Positions 1 through 14,333 of a DNA stretch of 64,000 bases are shown piece by piece; position 1 is the stretch's first letter, and each line of letters begins with the position of its first letter. Position numbers and translations under genes: made by a program. Under the pieces are notes generated by a model that saw only the letters and a program-made list of their open reading frames with translations, ran no database searches and had not been told where the DNA came from. The DNA is from Octopus bimaculoides (Eukaryota), in the NCBI RefSeq assembly GCF_001194135.2, contig NC_068984.1, positions 83,922,311 through 83,986,310 of the forward strand, read 5' to 3'.

Positions 1-1768
1 ATTTCAATTGATGCATATGTAATAACTTTACTCTAGTACAAGTCAGTCAATTTTAAAAGAAGCAAAATCATCTAATTTCTCTTATATCCAGTTATTCTCT
101 GGGCTCATTGTATTCCATCAGTCAACCATACTAACATTACACACCAAGTAGAGTATGCTAATCTCATTTCTTTCAAACCTTCACACCCCTCTGTATTCAA
201 GGCCCATGTTTTGTTACCATGCAACAACACACTTTGTTTGAAGCGTTCACAATTGGTAAGTTGGCACAAAAAATATCTCATGAACTATCTGTGAGAATAA
301 GTTTTAAAAATTAAACATTTGCTGAGTTCAATTTTTGCCAGCATGAAGGAATGCATGTGTACAGAACACTACTCAGAATGATATAATATGATGTTAATCT
401 ATATGAATTAGATACTCATGCAATCATGCATTTATTATTATTTATATGAAATCACTTAGGTTCTCTGTTCAAATCTCACCAGTGTCAAACTTGTTATTCG
501 TAAATCCTTTACAATACTTAAAATATGCAACAGAAATATATTGAACTCAATATTCCCTATAACTTCTTGCTGTGGGTGAGAGTAGAAATACACTTGTATG
601 CATCAATGTGAGTAAACATCTTCAATTAAAAATTTTTTGATTTCATCTTGAAAACCTTATGTGTGCTTGTGCACGAGCACAAAGCTTTGAGGGAACACTA
701 ACTAGGCTTAATTCTATCAATAACATCCTGAACCAATATAGCTCCATGCCTGGAAAATAGAAATTAGTGAGTATTTGTTAATAGATAAAAGTATTTTTTC
801 TTCGTAGGACCATGTGTAGCCCTATATCAGTTCTGAGCAAACAGAATCTATGATAAGAAGGTAGTTGCTAAGCTTTAATTTTTAGATACATCCATACAAA
901 TTAGTAGTGCAAATAAAATTCTTTTAACAAGAAGCTAAGTCCAATATTATTTCTGTTAAATCTATCCTCCATTTATTTTTTTACTGTTTTACTGGGACAA
1001 GTCACCTGACTGTGTAGTCATGCTAGGGTGACACCATCAATGCTTTCAGTTTTTGTTTAGTATATGATATTTGGTGAGTGAGTAAATTGTTAATATCATG
1101 TGTTTCTATGTTGTACATTTCATATTAGCGTTTGAGAAAAAAAAAATTCAGATAATTTAGGACAAGGGGTGATGCACTGAACAACATTCACAAACATCTT
1201 TTCAATTAAAGCAAATTTCCCTCTTGAATGGAAAAAGAAAGAAAAAAAAAACTAGCAGCAATTGTTTGGAACGGTTAACGAAGAGGGGAGATAATTTCAA
1301 GAATTTAGAATCAATTTTGCAAAATTAATTTTCATGAGAATTGCTAACAACTGACTATAGCTAGTTTTTTCCTTTCTTTTCCTGCTAAGAAAACAAATTT
1401 TAATTAATTTAAACGAAGCGAAATAATCTCCTCTGGTTGAGAATATAAAACACCAATGTACTTTCACAACTACTATAACTTTTACAGAAACATAATGGGT
1501 GCAGGGATTGATGAAGTTGAGAAGTTTGCATCCCAAACACATAGTTTTGGGTTAAGACCCACTGTATGGCAATTAGGGCAAGTGCCCTCAATGCAGCTCT
1601 GGATCAATCAAAATCTTGTAAGTAGATTACAGTCAGAAACTGAGAGAAGCCCATTTTTGCGCACGTGTGCGTGTATGTATGTATGCGTGTGTTTACTTGT
1701 AGTAACAACAACAAGTGTATCGAAAATTATTCAGTTATTGTGACTATCTTTAAAATCAAAAAATTTAC

Positions 1769-2003
1769 CTCAGCGTGTTCTCTGTAAATTTTTTCAAAAG
1801 TTCTTATATGGTCCATCATAATGCCATCGTGCAATGGCATGACTGACGTGTCAACTTCAACAAAGTTGGGAATTGCTCCAGAGGCATCCCCAAGAAACTG
1901 CTGGTGATGTTGCTGTTGGGTCTGTGAACTATCCTGATGACCACTGTTATAATGGCTGTACATACCATCATTCTCTTCCACTTTATTGTTGGCAAACCGC
2001 ATC
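1769..2003 (-). CDS. RFX: RFX exon: post-DBD linker and start of domain B
   Basis: ttttcccag|G ATG CGG...[13 protein letters not shown]...[19 protein letters not shown]...[10 protein letters not shown]|gtaaat. QHHQQFL.DAS.A.P.F and YREH.E match RFX1-3. Confidence 0.93.
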
Positions 2004-5000
2004 CTGGGAAAACAAAGGAAAATGTTTAATAAAGAAAAACACCCTCCCCACACAAACACAAAATTAGTTACTTTGACTGAATTGAAGAGAAAACAAGAAA
2101 ATTTGTAATGTTCACAACAGCAGGAATGATAAAAATGAAATAGTTGCAGCTAGGAATCAAAACTTGATGTGTCACACATAATACCTAAATTTATGTAAGA
2201 GAGCATACTGAAAGTTGCAATGCTATGGCATAGGAATGTACATGAAACATTAAGTATATCTTAGTTATTGTATAATAAGAACTCAAATCCTAAGGGAACA
2301 ATAATTTTGAACAAAGCACAAGAGCCTTTTTTTATTCAGTTGATTATTAACAATAAAGGATGCCATGGAGGTATCCAGTCTATCACTGTAAAGAGGATTA
2401 CATTGCATTAAGTGATTCTCAGTTTGTGAATACCACGCTAAAATCATCTCATTTTCTACCAGAAAGAAGAGATGAATACCACAAATATTCATATTTTAAT
2501 ATGTGTATCAAGGGAAAAATAATACAATAACAATGAATTAAATGTAGCATTATCTAAGATTTGGTAAAAATGCCGTCCCAATAGTTGGTTAATTGAAACA
2601 ACAAATCAAATCACTAATGCTAAATAGAATAATTGTTGAGCAATCATATATTTTTATAACAATATACTGCCAAAAGGCCACCATTTCTAGCAGTTTGAGT
2701 GACAGCCTATAGGATCACAAGTTTACTGTACTTTAGATGGATTTAGGGAGTTGGTAATATGGGACTGGGGTTTCTCTAGTAAGCCAGTAAGAGAAGGGTT
2801 AAAAGAAGAAGTTTACTCACTTTTTACCATGATATATTGGCTGTTGTCGGAGGGCCATTGTTTGCTCATCAGTGAACTGGTTGAGAGGAGAGTTGGCCTT
2901 GATGCGGATACCATAATAATGGTACTTGGAGTTACCACTTTAAAGAAATATCATAAATAAAATATTAAGATTATATATATATAAGTAAATTTATTCAGCA
3001 TTAATGAATACAGTATTTCACTTCAGACTTTGTTAAACATTATGGAATTAAAAGAACTCAAAGCATGAAACTCACTTCCAGCCTATGTTTCAGAGGAAAC
3101 CTATAACTTAAACATTAACGGCACCAACCTTATCCACTCTCCCTATCCTCTTAACCCTAAGGGCATTTTTGTACCCTTTCTCAAACTAACAAAAATATAA
3201 AGACTAGAATATTATATAATTTAGTGTTTTTTTTTTCCAAATCACCTGTTGAGAAGAATCAATTAGATTTAATTTTCCAGACCAAATGAGTTTTCCACCA
3301 AAGACACCAGTGTAATTACAAGTACCTTCTTTTATGAATTAAAGAATGCTAAAGGGTCATAGAGCTTTTCATAATACTGACATTTTTTCCTTATGAAGCC
3401 CACTTCACATTCAGTTAAATGTTGTTCAGCTAAACACATTTCTTCATCTTCAATGTACATTTGCAAGGTCAACAAAAGTGCATGGTTCTTGTATTAGAGT
3501 GTATTGCAACAACTGTTCTACACTTCTCTGTGCTTTGTCACATGGACTCTACCAAATCCAATTCTCAGTCATTTCACTTTCCCCAGTTTGCATTCACAAT
3601 TTCAAGTGAACACAAATAGTGCTCACTAGCTACTATCTCTATTTGTTGTTGAGGGTGGAAAACTGTTGTTTCCTTCTTCCCACAGAGTTGTTATTACCTT
3701 GTTTGCTATAGTGTTTGTTAACCTAGAAGGAAGTGGCACATTTAAGAAATCTTTTCCAAGACTTCAGATAACTCTGAACTGGTGCTTATTTGAATACAGA
3801 CAGCCGTTTATTTATTTGATGCTGTAGACATTCTCTCAAACTGGTTTCTAACCTACTGACTAGTAGGGCTATGCATGCAAGAATCTGGAGGTTGCTGGTA
3901 TTTGTTAGTCTAATGCAGCCTGTGATCAATCAACAAGATATGCCAACAGCTGGATCTAACTTTTTAGTATAGATTGAATTTTTTCCATACTTGGTTCATG
4001 TACTTAACTATGGCATAACACAGAACCAGGGCAGCTGAATACAAAGTCTGAAGATTTGCATCAGATCTTATATTTGCAAACTTGCTGAGAATATGTCACC
4101 CACATTTGCCTCTTTTCTGGATCTGGGTCAAGGGCGACACCTAATTACAGTGAATATTTACAGTGCTTTCAATGGGTGTCTACAATGGATATTTCACATC
4201 AAGTTAATTGCAGTTAGTACATGGTGTTAGCTGATCAACGTGTTTGCTTTTCCTCTACTACTGAGAAATCTGTATCATGTGCAGTAGCATCCAGATCACG
4301 AGCATACAAAAGTTAGTGCAAGTGATTATTTTCTGGCTGATTACTGGTATAGATATTGAAAAGCAAGAGAGCAAGCACATTCCCTTAAAGTAGACCATTC
4401 TTCAACCTATGCTGGAGAGAGTCATATGCTGCAGGTCACACAAATTACCATTTCTTTTTCAAAACTATCCTCAAATATGCTCCTATATTTTACATTCATA
4501 CTCAAATAGGAATACCACAAAATAATCATAGCTAAATCTCAATAAAATTTCTGACATGTTATCATATACCAACTGAGTCCACTTTGGTTACCTTTATTCC
4601 AATAAACAATGGAATTTCTAAACACACATGATCTGGAGAGAAAACTATGCAAAGTCTCCTCACTGCTATACTGCAAACTACGTAAGGCTTGAAACAAATG
4701 GACAAATGGCATATTTGGTGTATTGCTCTTGTGGAGTACCTTTCTAATGTTTCACTAACTTACTTGTGGGTTAGATTTAAACAAAAAACACTCAGCAACT
4801 GACCCAACAAATACTTAATATACAAGACTCTCTCTCTCTCTCTCTAGCACATGCACAGTCATAAAGCTGAAGCCTGATTGATCAATATATTTAACTCATA
4901 TCCATGAAAATAAAATGATTCTTGTTAAAAGAAAGGAATTCTGTCTTTTGGAATGATTTCTAAAAAAATTTTTAAAAGACACAATTCTGTATACAATCAA

Positions 5001-8000
5001 GATAAAGGACTCACCGTGTTCCTAAGCGTCTAGTTCTCAAGCCAATGAAGACAGAACGTATTAATTTGCCAAAGGAGGCTGGATTCATGGGGTCCAAGTT
5101 TTGTTCCTGACAGTGGCGCAAATAATGATTGTATAAAGTACTCCGAGGTAGACTAACACCTTCAGCAGTCTCATAGTTGTCTAGGAGCCACTGTACCTGC
5201 ATAAGTACAATAGGTTTAATCTATTATCAACGAACAGACAAATTGTAAAGATAATTGTATTTCACAAAAATAGCTATGATAAATATCACATATTTTACAC
5301 AGTACAGATTATAGAGCAACCAACCAAACCTATTCTCATACGAAAACTCAACTCTTTCCAAATCTACACTTAATGCAAACACATGCAAATTTGGAAAGTC
5401 TTTTTATCCTAATCCTGAAAATTTAATCACTTTGTAAATGACAGATATTGGAAATAGAGAAAATAACCTGTGGAGCAGAAGATAGGAGAAGCATGGAAAA
5501 AAAAAAAAAAATCCCAGAAAAATTTAGTATGACATACCAAGAAATGTGCAGGTGCTCTTCCTAAGACATATAGGGAAAGTGAGAAAGCAGACCTTAGAAA
5601 TCAAACGGAATACTAACAGCAAAACTTACTGTGGCTGGGGATGCTCTCGTAGTGTGACTGAGGGGAGCCCCTTCACCATCCATCGTACTACTCTGAATGA
5701 CATAGGTGCCTGCATGTTGAGTTATGATTTGCCCTTGGATACTCTGGACATGGGCAATATTCGTGGCCATCTAGGAAAATAGAAAATGTCATTGATATGG
5801 ATGATCAGTAATGAAAACTGAAGTTGTTTCCTTTTTCTTTATTAAAGAATGTTCATTTCTTAAAATGAAATACAATGAAAAACACAGAACATCAAAATGT
5901 AACTACAGAGGAAAACAAAATATCTTGGCAGATATGGTTACTGAGTAACTTAAGTTGACAGGTTGTAGGAATTGTAGTGTGGTTAAGAAGTTTGTTTCAT
6001 AACCACACAGATTGGAGTTTGATGCCTTTCAGCATCTTCTAATGCATTTGATATCAGTGCCTGTAAACAGAACACTTACTCTACTTGAATCACTCTATCA
6101 TTGCTAGGTGTTTAGTATTTCTTTAAAAAATCAATTTGTATTACTTGTATATCAACATGAAAATGTTTAGATGAAGTCTGAAAAGTCTTCATTAATCCTA
6201 CTGGAAATGAGTTTTATAACAAAGAGAGGAAATATTAATAGCTGATTTTCACACATGCACACAAATGACATCTTTATAAAATAATGAGGAAGCTAAACCC
6301 TCTCAAATGATGCCCTGGAGTCTTAAAAAAGAAAGGACATTTTGGATAATGTAATGAAATGCTTTTGATCTTTAGAATACTAAATCAAGTCTGACCTGGC
6401 ATTAAACAATATTTTTCAGAATTTTGATCAAGAAATGCAGTGTTTGAGTGATAGTGAGCCTGAACTACTACTCATAAAACCCATACGTTTGAACTATGCT
6501 ACAGGCATCTTGTGTTGTAACTAGAACCAAATAACCACTTCCATTTCATTTGAGTAACTGGTTATTTTGGTACAGAGTGCTAATCTATATGAAAAGCCAG
6601 GAAAACTCTGTTTTCCTTATTATTTTTTTTTCGTGTTTTAAATATCACACTAATGACTATTTAATAGTCTAGAAGATTCACTAGTTAGTGAGTTCTTCAT
6701 TTGAATGAAAACTGAGTAGAACAGTGTGAAAGAGAAAATACTGTGATATAATATAACAGTTAAAGGACTAGTCTTCATCTATATAATAACATACACACAA
6801 ACGCTATAATGTCAAATAAACTTTCTTGTAGTATACTAGAGGTTAAGAAGTTAGCTTCTTAACCATGTGGTTTCAGGTTCAGCCACACTTTGTGGTACTT
6901 TGGGCAAATGTTTTCTACTATTAACCTCAGGACAACTAAAGTTTTGTGAGTAGATTTGGCATACAGAAACTGAAAGAAGTCAGATGTGCATATATATATA
7001 TATATATTATGTGATGATTGTAAACAAGTAGTACTATCATACAAGCTATATTACTAATTTCCAATCTTCTGAAAAAAAAAAAAGTCTGGCCAAGAGCAAA
7101 ATATTACCTTGCTTTGGAAACAGATTGGAGGGGGTGGGGGTCATAGAAAATCTACTTCAACAAACTGCCTGACTAATGCAAGCATAGAAAAGTAGACATT
7201 AACTTTACCAAAACTATATGATAGAATACCATGTGTCTCAATTAAATGAGAATGGTTTTATATAGAAATAATGTACCAATTTATTTTCTTTTGTACTTTA
7301 CTGATATGTAATAAAAAAAAATCCAAACTGTTTAACCAATCTCCTCTCTCTGGGAATCAATTCCAATCTTTGGAAAATTGATATATTGTCTCATTCAAGA
7401 AAGGTAACCTCTTTTACTTCTCAAAAGCAATGGAGATAGTCATGAACAACCACCTTCTCCAACATACTGAAACCGTCTTCTTTCTCAAAGATTATCAGGG
7501 ACCTGATCTCCCATTGTTACTTACCAGTAAATTTTTGTACTTAAAATAATGCTGTGCTTAATATTGACAAAGTATTCTCATGCATAAATTGCCTGCCTGT
7601 GGACTCTATCCATCTCTTGGATCACTTCTATCAGATATCTCAAATTTTAACACAGCAAAAATTGTACCCCAAAGAATGGCTTTTCTCTTTAGAGCCGTAT
7701 AATATTTTAGCTCTCAACAACTGGTCTTTTTGAAGCTGCAGTGTGACCTACAATAGAGAGCAGCTCTCAGATCTGGGGCAATGCTGCAGCTCCTCATATG
7801 AACTTTAGACAGCATCCCAGGAAAAAATCCAGACTGACTGGTTTCAAACTACTCATCAAGGCATTCCAATCTTTGACACATACCTTCTCTTCACTATCTT
7901 TTCTACATCTACTATAGTAGTCTCTGTTCTTCAATGTTGTGCCACTTCTAAACAAAAATTTGTTTGGTATGCATACTGTGTTGAGTCCCCAATCCTACAC

Positions 8001-11000
8001 TATATTTCTAATTCTTTCCCCAGCAGAATATCAGCCCTCCATGTGCTAGTTGTTCACATGCAGCTAAAGAACATCAACAACTGCAAGTGTATTGGTATCA
8101 AAAGACCTGACAAGGCCAGGGACACAACCCATTTCTCCAAACCAAGCTAACAAGATAAATAAATAATAGTCTTGGACAAGGGCATCACTCCAAATTTCAC
8201 CAGCTAGACAATCTATACTTCTCTCATTTCATGATAAATAAATTAAATGCTGATTAAAAATACAGGTATAACAAAAATTACGAACATAAATAATTAAGCT
8301 TGAAGACAACACTAATAGTTGTCCAGGACAATTAGGCCAGTGGTTAGAACACCAGACTCAGTAGTGGGTAAAACAATGATTGTAGGTTCAAAATGGTCTG
8401 AATAACAAACAGTACACACATATATAAGAGACAGTATTTGCAATGAAGTATTAGTCGATTTGTATACTCTTACACAAAAGTAGAGAAGCTAAAACAAATA
8501 GTGACATTTGGACTACTTTTTGAAATGTAACACAATTTTATCTTACCTGGCTACCAGTAGTTTGATAGTATGTTCCACCAACAGAAGAGTACATAGCGTT
8601 AGGAGTATATTCTTGATAACCTGACCTGAACACATTAGAGAGAAAAATAGATATGAAATTATTGAATATTCACAGTTAAGATCAGATCAAGATGTAAGCT
8701 ATCAAAAAGAAAGCATGAAAACAATGTATAAAATCTAAGATCAAATGCTAGATGAAAACACAGTGGGGAAACTGAAGGTAATCATGTAGGGCAGACACAA
8801 GCATATTTTACCTTCTTTTTTCTTATGCAGACACAAGCATATTTTACTTTTTTTTCTTCTTGGATTTGGATGCTAGCTTAGGTGGGATAGTCTAAGCAAA
8901 TCTGCATATTGTTTGAGTATTGTAATCCATAACTTCAGGAGTCAATATTCAACCTTAGATGTATTTCTTACCTCAGAAATTGTTGACTGATGAAATGATT
9001 CCATCCACCTTTTGTAATAGGCAGTGAGTATACATATCCCAAAAGACTCTTGTGATCTCATGTGAGTCTAGAATTAAGTAGTTAAAATAACTATACAAGC
9101 TAATGAAGGAGTCTCTATATGATGACTTGGCCTGCTATGAATAGCAGTCAAATTCCTTTCAATCAGACCATCTCTTCTTAAAACAGAGCACATTAGATAA
9201 TGTTATCAAGGTATCCTGCACATAAGAAAAAAGGCAGGATGGTCATAGCAGGAACGCATTTGATTGCAAGTCTACTCAAACTGGGCTGGTCTAGGGCTAA
9301 ACAAAACAATTGTGGAATATTTAATACTACATTAACTGAACAACAAAAGAAGAACATTGTAATTAGCAATGTAATATATAACAAGAAGCAGTCATTAGGA
9401 CATACTGTAATAATTCAAACAGGCAGGCATTTATTTATGTTGCTTTTCTTAATCTCTTAGGATTGTTTGTTGCAATTGTGATGAATTCATATGTCCTCAT
9501 GATCAGTTTCCAAAATTATATTATCTTTTATCATTTGCTTAAGAGAGATAATATGCCCAAAGGTTTGCAGTTTTCATCAGTGTTATTTTGATTCAGGAGC
9601 TTGAGATAACTGGCTTGTTGAAACTGTATTAGCCTTCCCATTAAAAACTGAATTAGGAAGTAGTGGTAAGGGTATATTTCAATCATCAGCACTTTGAAAC
9701 TAATGAGTTATTTTCTTTTTCAACAATAAATCATCAACAGAGCTTAGAGCACTGAACAAAGGTGAATAATGAGAAGAGGTATATGAATGATAAAATGAGA
9801 AGTTGCTTTTCTTAATGTTAAATATACAATACTGTTAAATACAGGAGTCGCCTATTTTAATCTTACAATATCAAGTGATAATGCCAAGGTTTTGTTGATT
9901 GTATAAGTTGGCCAGTTGTAATTTTGATGAAGTTAGAGTCAGTGAATACTTGACATTTTGAAGGCTTGTCAAATATGATAAGAAGTTTGTTTTCCAACCA
10001 AGTGGTTCCAGGTTCAGTCTCACTGTGTGGCACCCTGGGTTAGTGTCTACTACTATAGCCCCGGGTCGACCAAAGTCTTGCAAATGGGGTCGATTTGTTT
10101 GACTAAAACCCTTCAAGGTGCTGCTCAAACACAGTTGCAGTCCAATGAGTGAAACAGGTAAAATATGAAAACACATTATTAAATTTTGAATAAGGACAGT
10201 CAAACATGGAAGTAATTCAATTTGAAGAGTCAAAAATAGTGGTGATACAGATATTCTGAAACAACAGAATCAAATATTCTACAGACTTATAGATCTAGGT
10301 TTTTGAGATAGTTTGGAGTATGATTTAATACTTTGCATTTTCATAATACCTTCATGAATCAAAAACAAATCCCAACAAATACCAATAAACCACCATTGAT
10401 TTCACCCATCTGCAGTGCCCTAAAGAAATTTCAATTTAGGCATTTGATGAAATGATACTGTTGATAATACTATTGGGTTATGCAGAACCTTCTCTACAGA
10501 TATTTAACATTTTTGACACACACAAAGAGTTTTAGCATCAACTAAAGTTAATGTCCCAAAAGCAATAACAAAAGACTATGGCCACCCATAAACTCATAAT
10601 AAACTCTACCACCTCAACTGTAGGTAAAGCATCCTGTAAAAGGCTTGTTAGCTTTATAAGAGAACTTCTCTAAAACCACTTCTACAAATGATATAGGATA
10701 TTTACAATATTTGGATATTTGTCAAAGAGAACTAACAAAGTCACGAACAGGTTGTCAAAGGCTGTTGTTTCAATGAATATAGTTTTACTTGTTTCAAACT
10801 AGATAATAAATTTATCAACGGCTTCAGCAGAATTATTCCTTCAAATAAAAGAGTTGATTTTTATTGATGCTGAAATTGGTTATAGTATACGAAATGTAAA
10901 AATTTTGCAATCCATAATCTCAAGGAGTCAGTATCTAACCATAGACATATTTCCCCACTTCAGAAGTTATTGCTTAATGAAGCCATTTCATCCACCATTT

Positions 11001-13192
11001 ATAAGAAATAGGAAGCAAGTATAATTCTGCTGTCAGTAATTAGCAAAATAATATAAGACAATTATAAAAATAACCAATACTACAATAGATCACAAGTGTC
11101 CTATGCACATATTTGTCTTTTTTAATAGCAAACCAACCAACCAACTGTGAAGTATGGGATAGTGCTTGTAATCATCCAGGTAGATTTGACTAAATGTTAC
11201 AAGCTATATCTTTCAATAAATAGTGCAGAAATGGTGAAATATAAAAATAATGTTAAAGTGTATTAGTAACTTATGAAATATGCATAACTTGATAGACACA
11301 TATACATGCATGCATGTGTGACTATGTATGCATGCATGCATGTATGCAATAACCAAACAATGAGAAACATCAAATATTAATGTACAACTGAGAGGAGAAA
11401 GAATGGAAACATACAAAAATATCAAGGACATATAAAACTTTATCACTGTTTCCTCAACACACTCTTACTTCTTTCTCATACTTACCCCACTTCATCATTT
11501 GTAAACACCCTATCTTCTTCAACTCTATTGATCACATTGTCTCTTTTGTCTTTGGTATACAAGGCAACCTCACTAGTGTTGGTGTTATAATAAAATGCAC
11601 CTAACACACTCAGTAATGTGATTAACGTCTGAACAGAGAACATAGGGTCAAGAAACACATTAGTATTGTCTTGTCAGGACTTGATAACCTCTCTAGTATT
11701 GGTGCTATCATAAAATGCATGCAGAACACTTTGTAATGCCAAACATTCAACAGAACTTTAAAAAGATAAAGCTTGCAATACAAAACTGGCAACAGTCAAC
11801 AAATTGAGGGCAGCCATTAAACAATAATGTACACAAATACTGAACAAAATGTTTCTTGATAATTGCGATTCCATTACTTTGCGTTATCAGTAGTGCCTGC
11901 ACCAGAATGGTCATCAGTTTGAAAATAGGTGTTCATAAAAAGAATGAAATTCTGCCTGTAGATTCTATTAAATTTTGAGAATGAAATATGTGTACATTCT
12001 TTTTTGCATACCCTGTGCATAAGCCAATGGTTGATTTGTTATGAAAGAACATTTTTCCAAGGTGCAACACAGTGGTTGCAAGGCAAGTCTCTCTGTTCCT
12101 GTTACTCATCCATACCTGTTTTTTCAAGAAAAGGATTTCTTATTTCACATGTCTTCGAAGGTGAAAATGAGTGGATATGTTGATAGAAGTGACAACAACA
12201 ACACTACTCCTAGCTTGACACAAAGGCGCACACACACACACACACACATAAATATACATGATGGGATTCTTTCAGTTACTGTTACCAAATACTATAGTCA
12301 AAGGCTTTAGTTGGCCTGGAACTGTAGAAAATGACCTTGCTCAAGGTGCTGTGCAGTGGGGCTAAATCTTGAAACACATGGTTAGAAAACGAACCTTTAA
12401 CCATGCCTGCAATCTATTGATTGTACAATTAACCTTATCTTTAGAATTTTTATTTACAGCTTGCTCTGTTCAATATATTCACTAATTACCTTCATATAAC
12501 CTATTTCCCACAAATCTATATTTGCATGTGCTAAGACTGGATGAAGGATCTACTCTCTTACACATGCACGCGTATGCACACACACACATACTCTCTCAGT
12601 GGTTAACTACTTTTGATGTATTCAAATATACTTAAGTATGTGTATACCTGAATACATCACAATTTTCACCTCATATTCTGCACACTGCCTTCCAATATCC
12701 ATTTTAACTCTACTGATTATAATAGGAACCAATAATAATTATTACTGGTTATAGAAAGGGATTTAGATGTAATGATTCTCAAATTGTTTTGCTAAGGATT
12801 TAGATGACACTATTAGAGACATGATGCATTTAGAAGAAATGTAGAGAAGCAGTTGCAAATTAATTGTACTGTGTGCTGTCACACACTTCAAATCTAAAAT
12901 AAAACATGCTTTAAAGGTAGATCTTCACCTTCCTGAGCAATTTGATTACAATTAAATGTGAGATAGAAGTTTAAAGTAAAAGAAAGTCAAAGATTAATAC
13001 AAGTATTTCACTAATTATTGCCCTGACCAATCTACATACAGCATGGTACATTAAGTAGTATTAAAGAAAAATGAAGCTGAAACTTACACCATATCAAAGA
13101 TATGAAAAGTCATATATCAAATGTGAAAAAAATTGCATTATACACACACAAACAAATATGTTTGGGTTATAAGTACATCGTATGTATGTATA

Positions 13193-13233
<41 letters not shown>

Positions 13234-14299
13234 ATATATATATTCACAGAAAATATTGAACATTTACACAAAAGCAACCAAAGCTCTCTGGGTAGGCAGT
13301 TGAAGAGTTGTCCCTACAAGATTAGAAAGAGAAAGCTGGTTAGAAAAAGTTTCCATTAAATTAGCAGAAGGCTTCAGCTGATCTGTGATTTCTGAGACGC
13401 AGACCAATAGAGCCAAAATGACAGAGTTGCAATATTATGGTAAATGTGCAGCAGTGCAGTTAGCAAGAGTAATAAAAAAATTTTTTTTAAATCATGGAAA
13501 AGCTTCATAAGGCTTTGTCAAAGTGCTCTACAACTGATCTGGTTCAGGAAACACACAGCTGTTTTTGATTTTCTCTCTCTCCCCCTCTCTCTGTCACACT
13601 CAAGTAAAATGTAAGAATTGCTGATGAATTTATAAAGTATTTTAAAAAATAAGTTCTGCCTCTAACAGCTTACAATTATGACTAGTGATAATTATACATT
13701 TACAAAAGCATCAGTAAATGACAATTACAATTTTTCCCTTTTAGTTTTTCAAAATGTATTAACATTTATTGCCAGAAGTAGAACATGACTTTCACAGAGA
13801 GCACACAGCAGAGACTAACCATGTGCTACCATGTATTTCATTTGGCCATTAAAAAATAATTTAAAACTCTAATCCAGAGTAAAACAAACAGAACTGATAA
13901 CCAAAGTATCTAAACTTATAAAAATATAACGGATAATAGTTATACTAAAAAACTGAGGCCACAATGTTTAAAGTAATAATAATTTGATATAAAACTATAA
14001 GTAAATTAAAAAAAACAAAAAAAGAAAATATTCCACAGGTTTTTCATCTTTTTGTTGTTTAAAGGAGATTAATATTCTCAAAATAAAAGTTAACTTCCAA
14101 ACATCTTGTAGCCAATCAAATATTCTACAATTGTGCATAGTTTTTATTCATTGTAATGAAATGCTTCTTATGTATCATAGATTAAAGAATTTAATGTAAA
14201 TGATATAAGGCATTGTATATAACAATTTGACAATATACAATATATCTAATGTAACATCTTATATATTCTCTAAGTCTAACCAAAATCTGATCCCCACAC

Positions 14300-14333
<34 letters not shown>

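Noticed and set aside
1-1768. Next RFX exon (expected AILDVV.NLQF...WQTFW) and ORFs 1297-1743
   Set aside because: No such peptide found in the minus frames I checked. The short ORFs have no family resemblance. The exon probably lies outside the window.
2828-2828. Alternative donor G|GTAAAA for the GNSKY exon
   Set aside because: Gives phase 1, incompatible with the next exon. The GTGAGT donor at 2820 fits.
10300-10800. Possible P-element-like transposase remnant (NFF.A motif)
   Set aside because: Only a few residues resemble the motif; no TIR or TSD seen.
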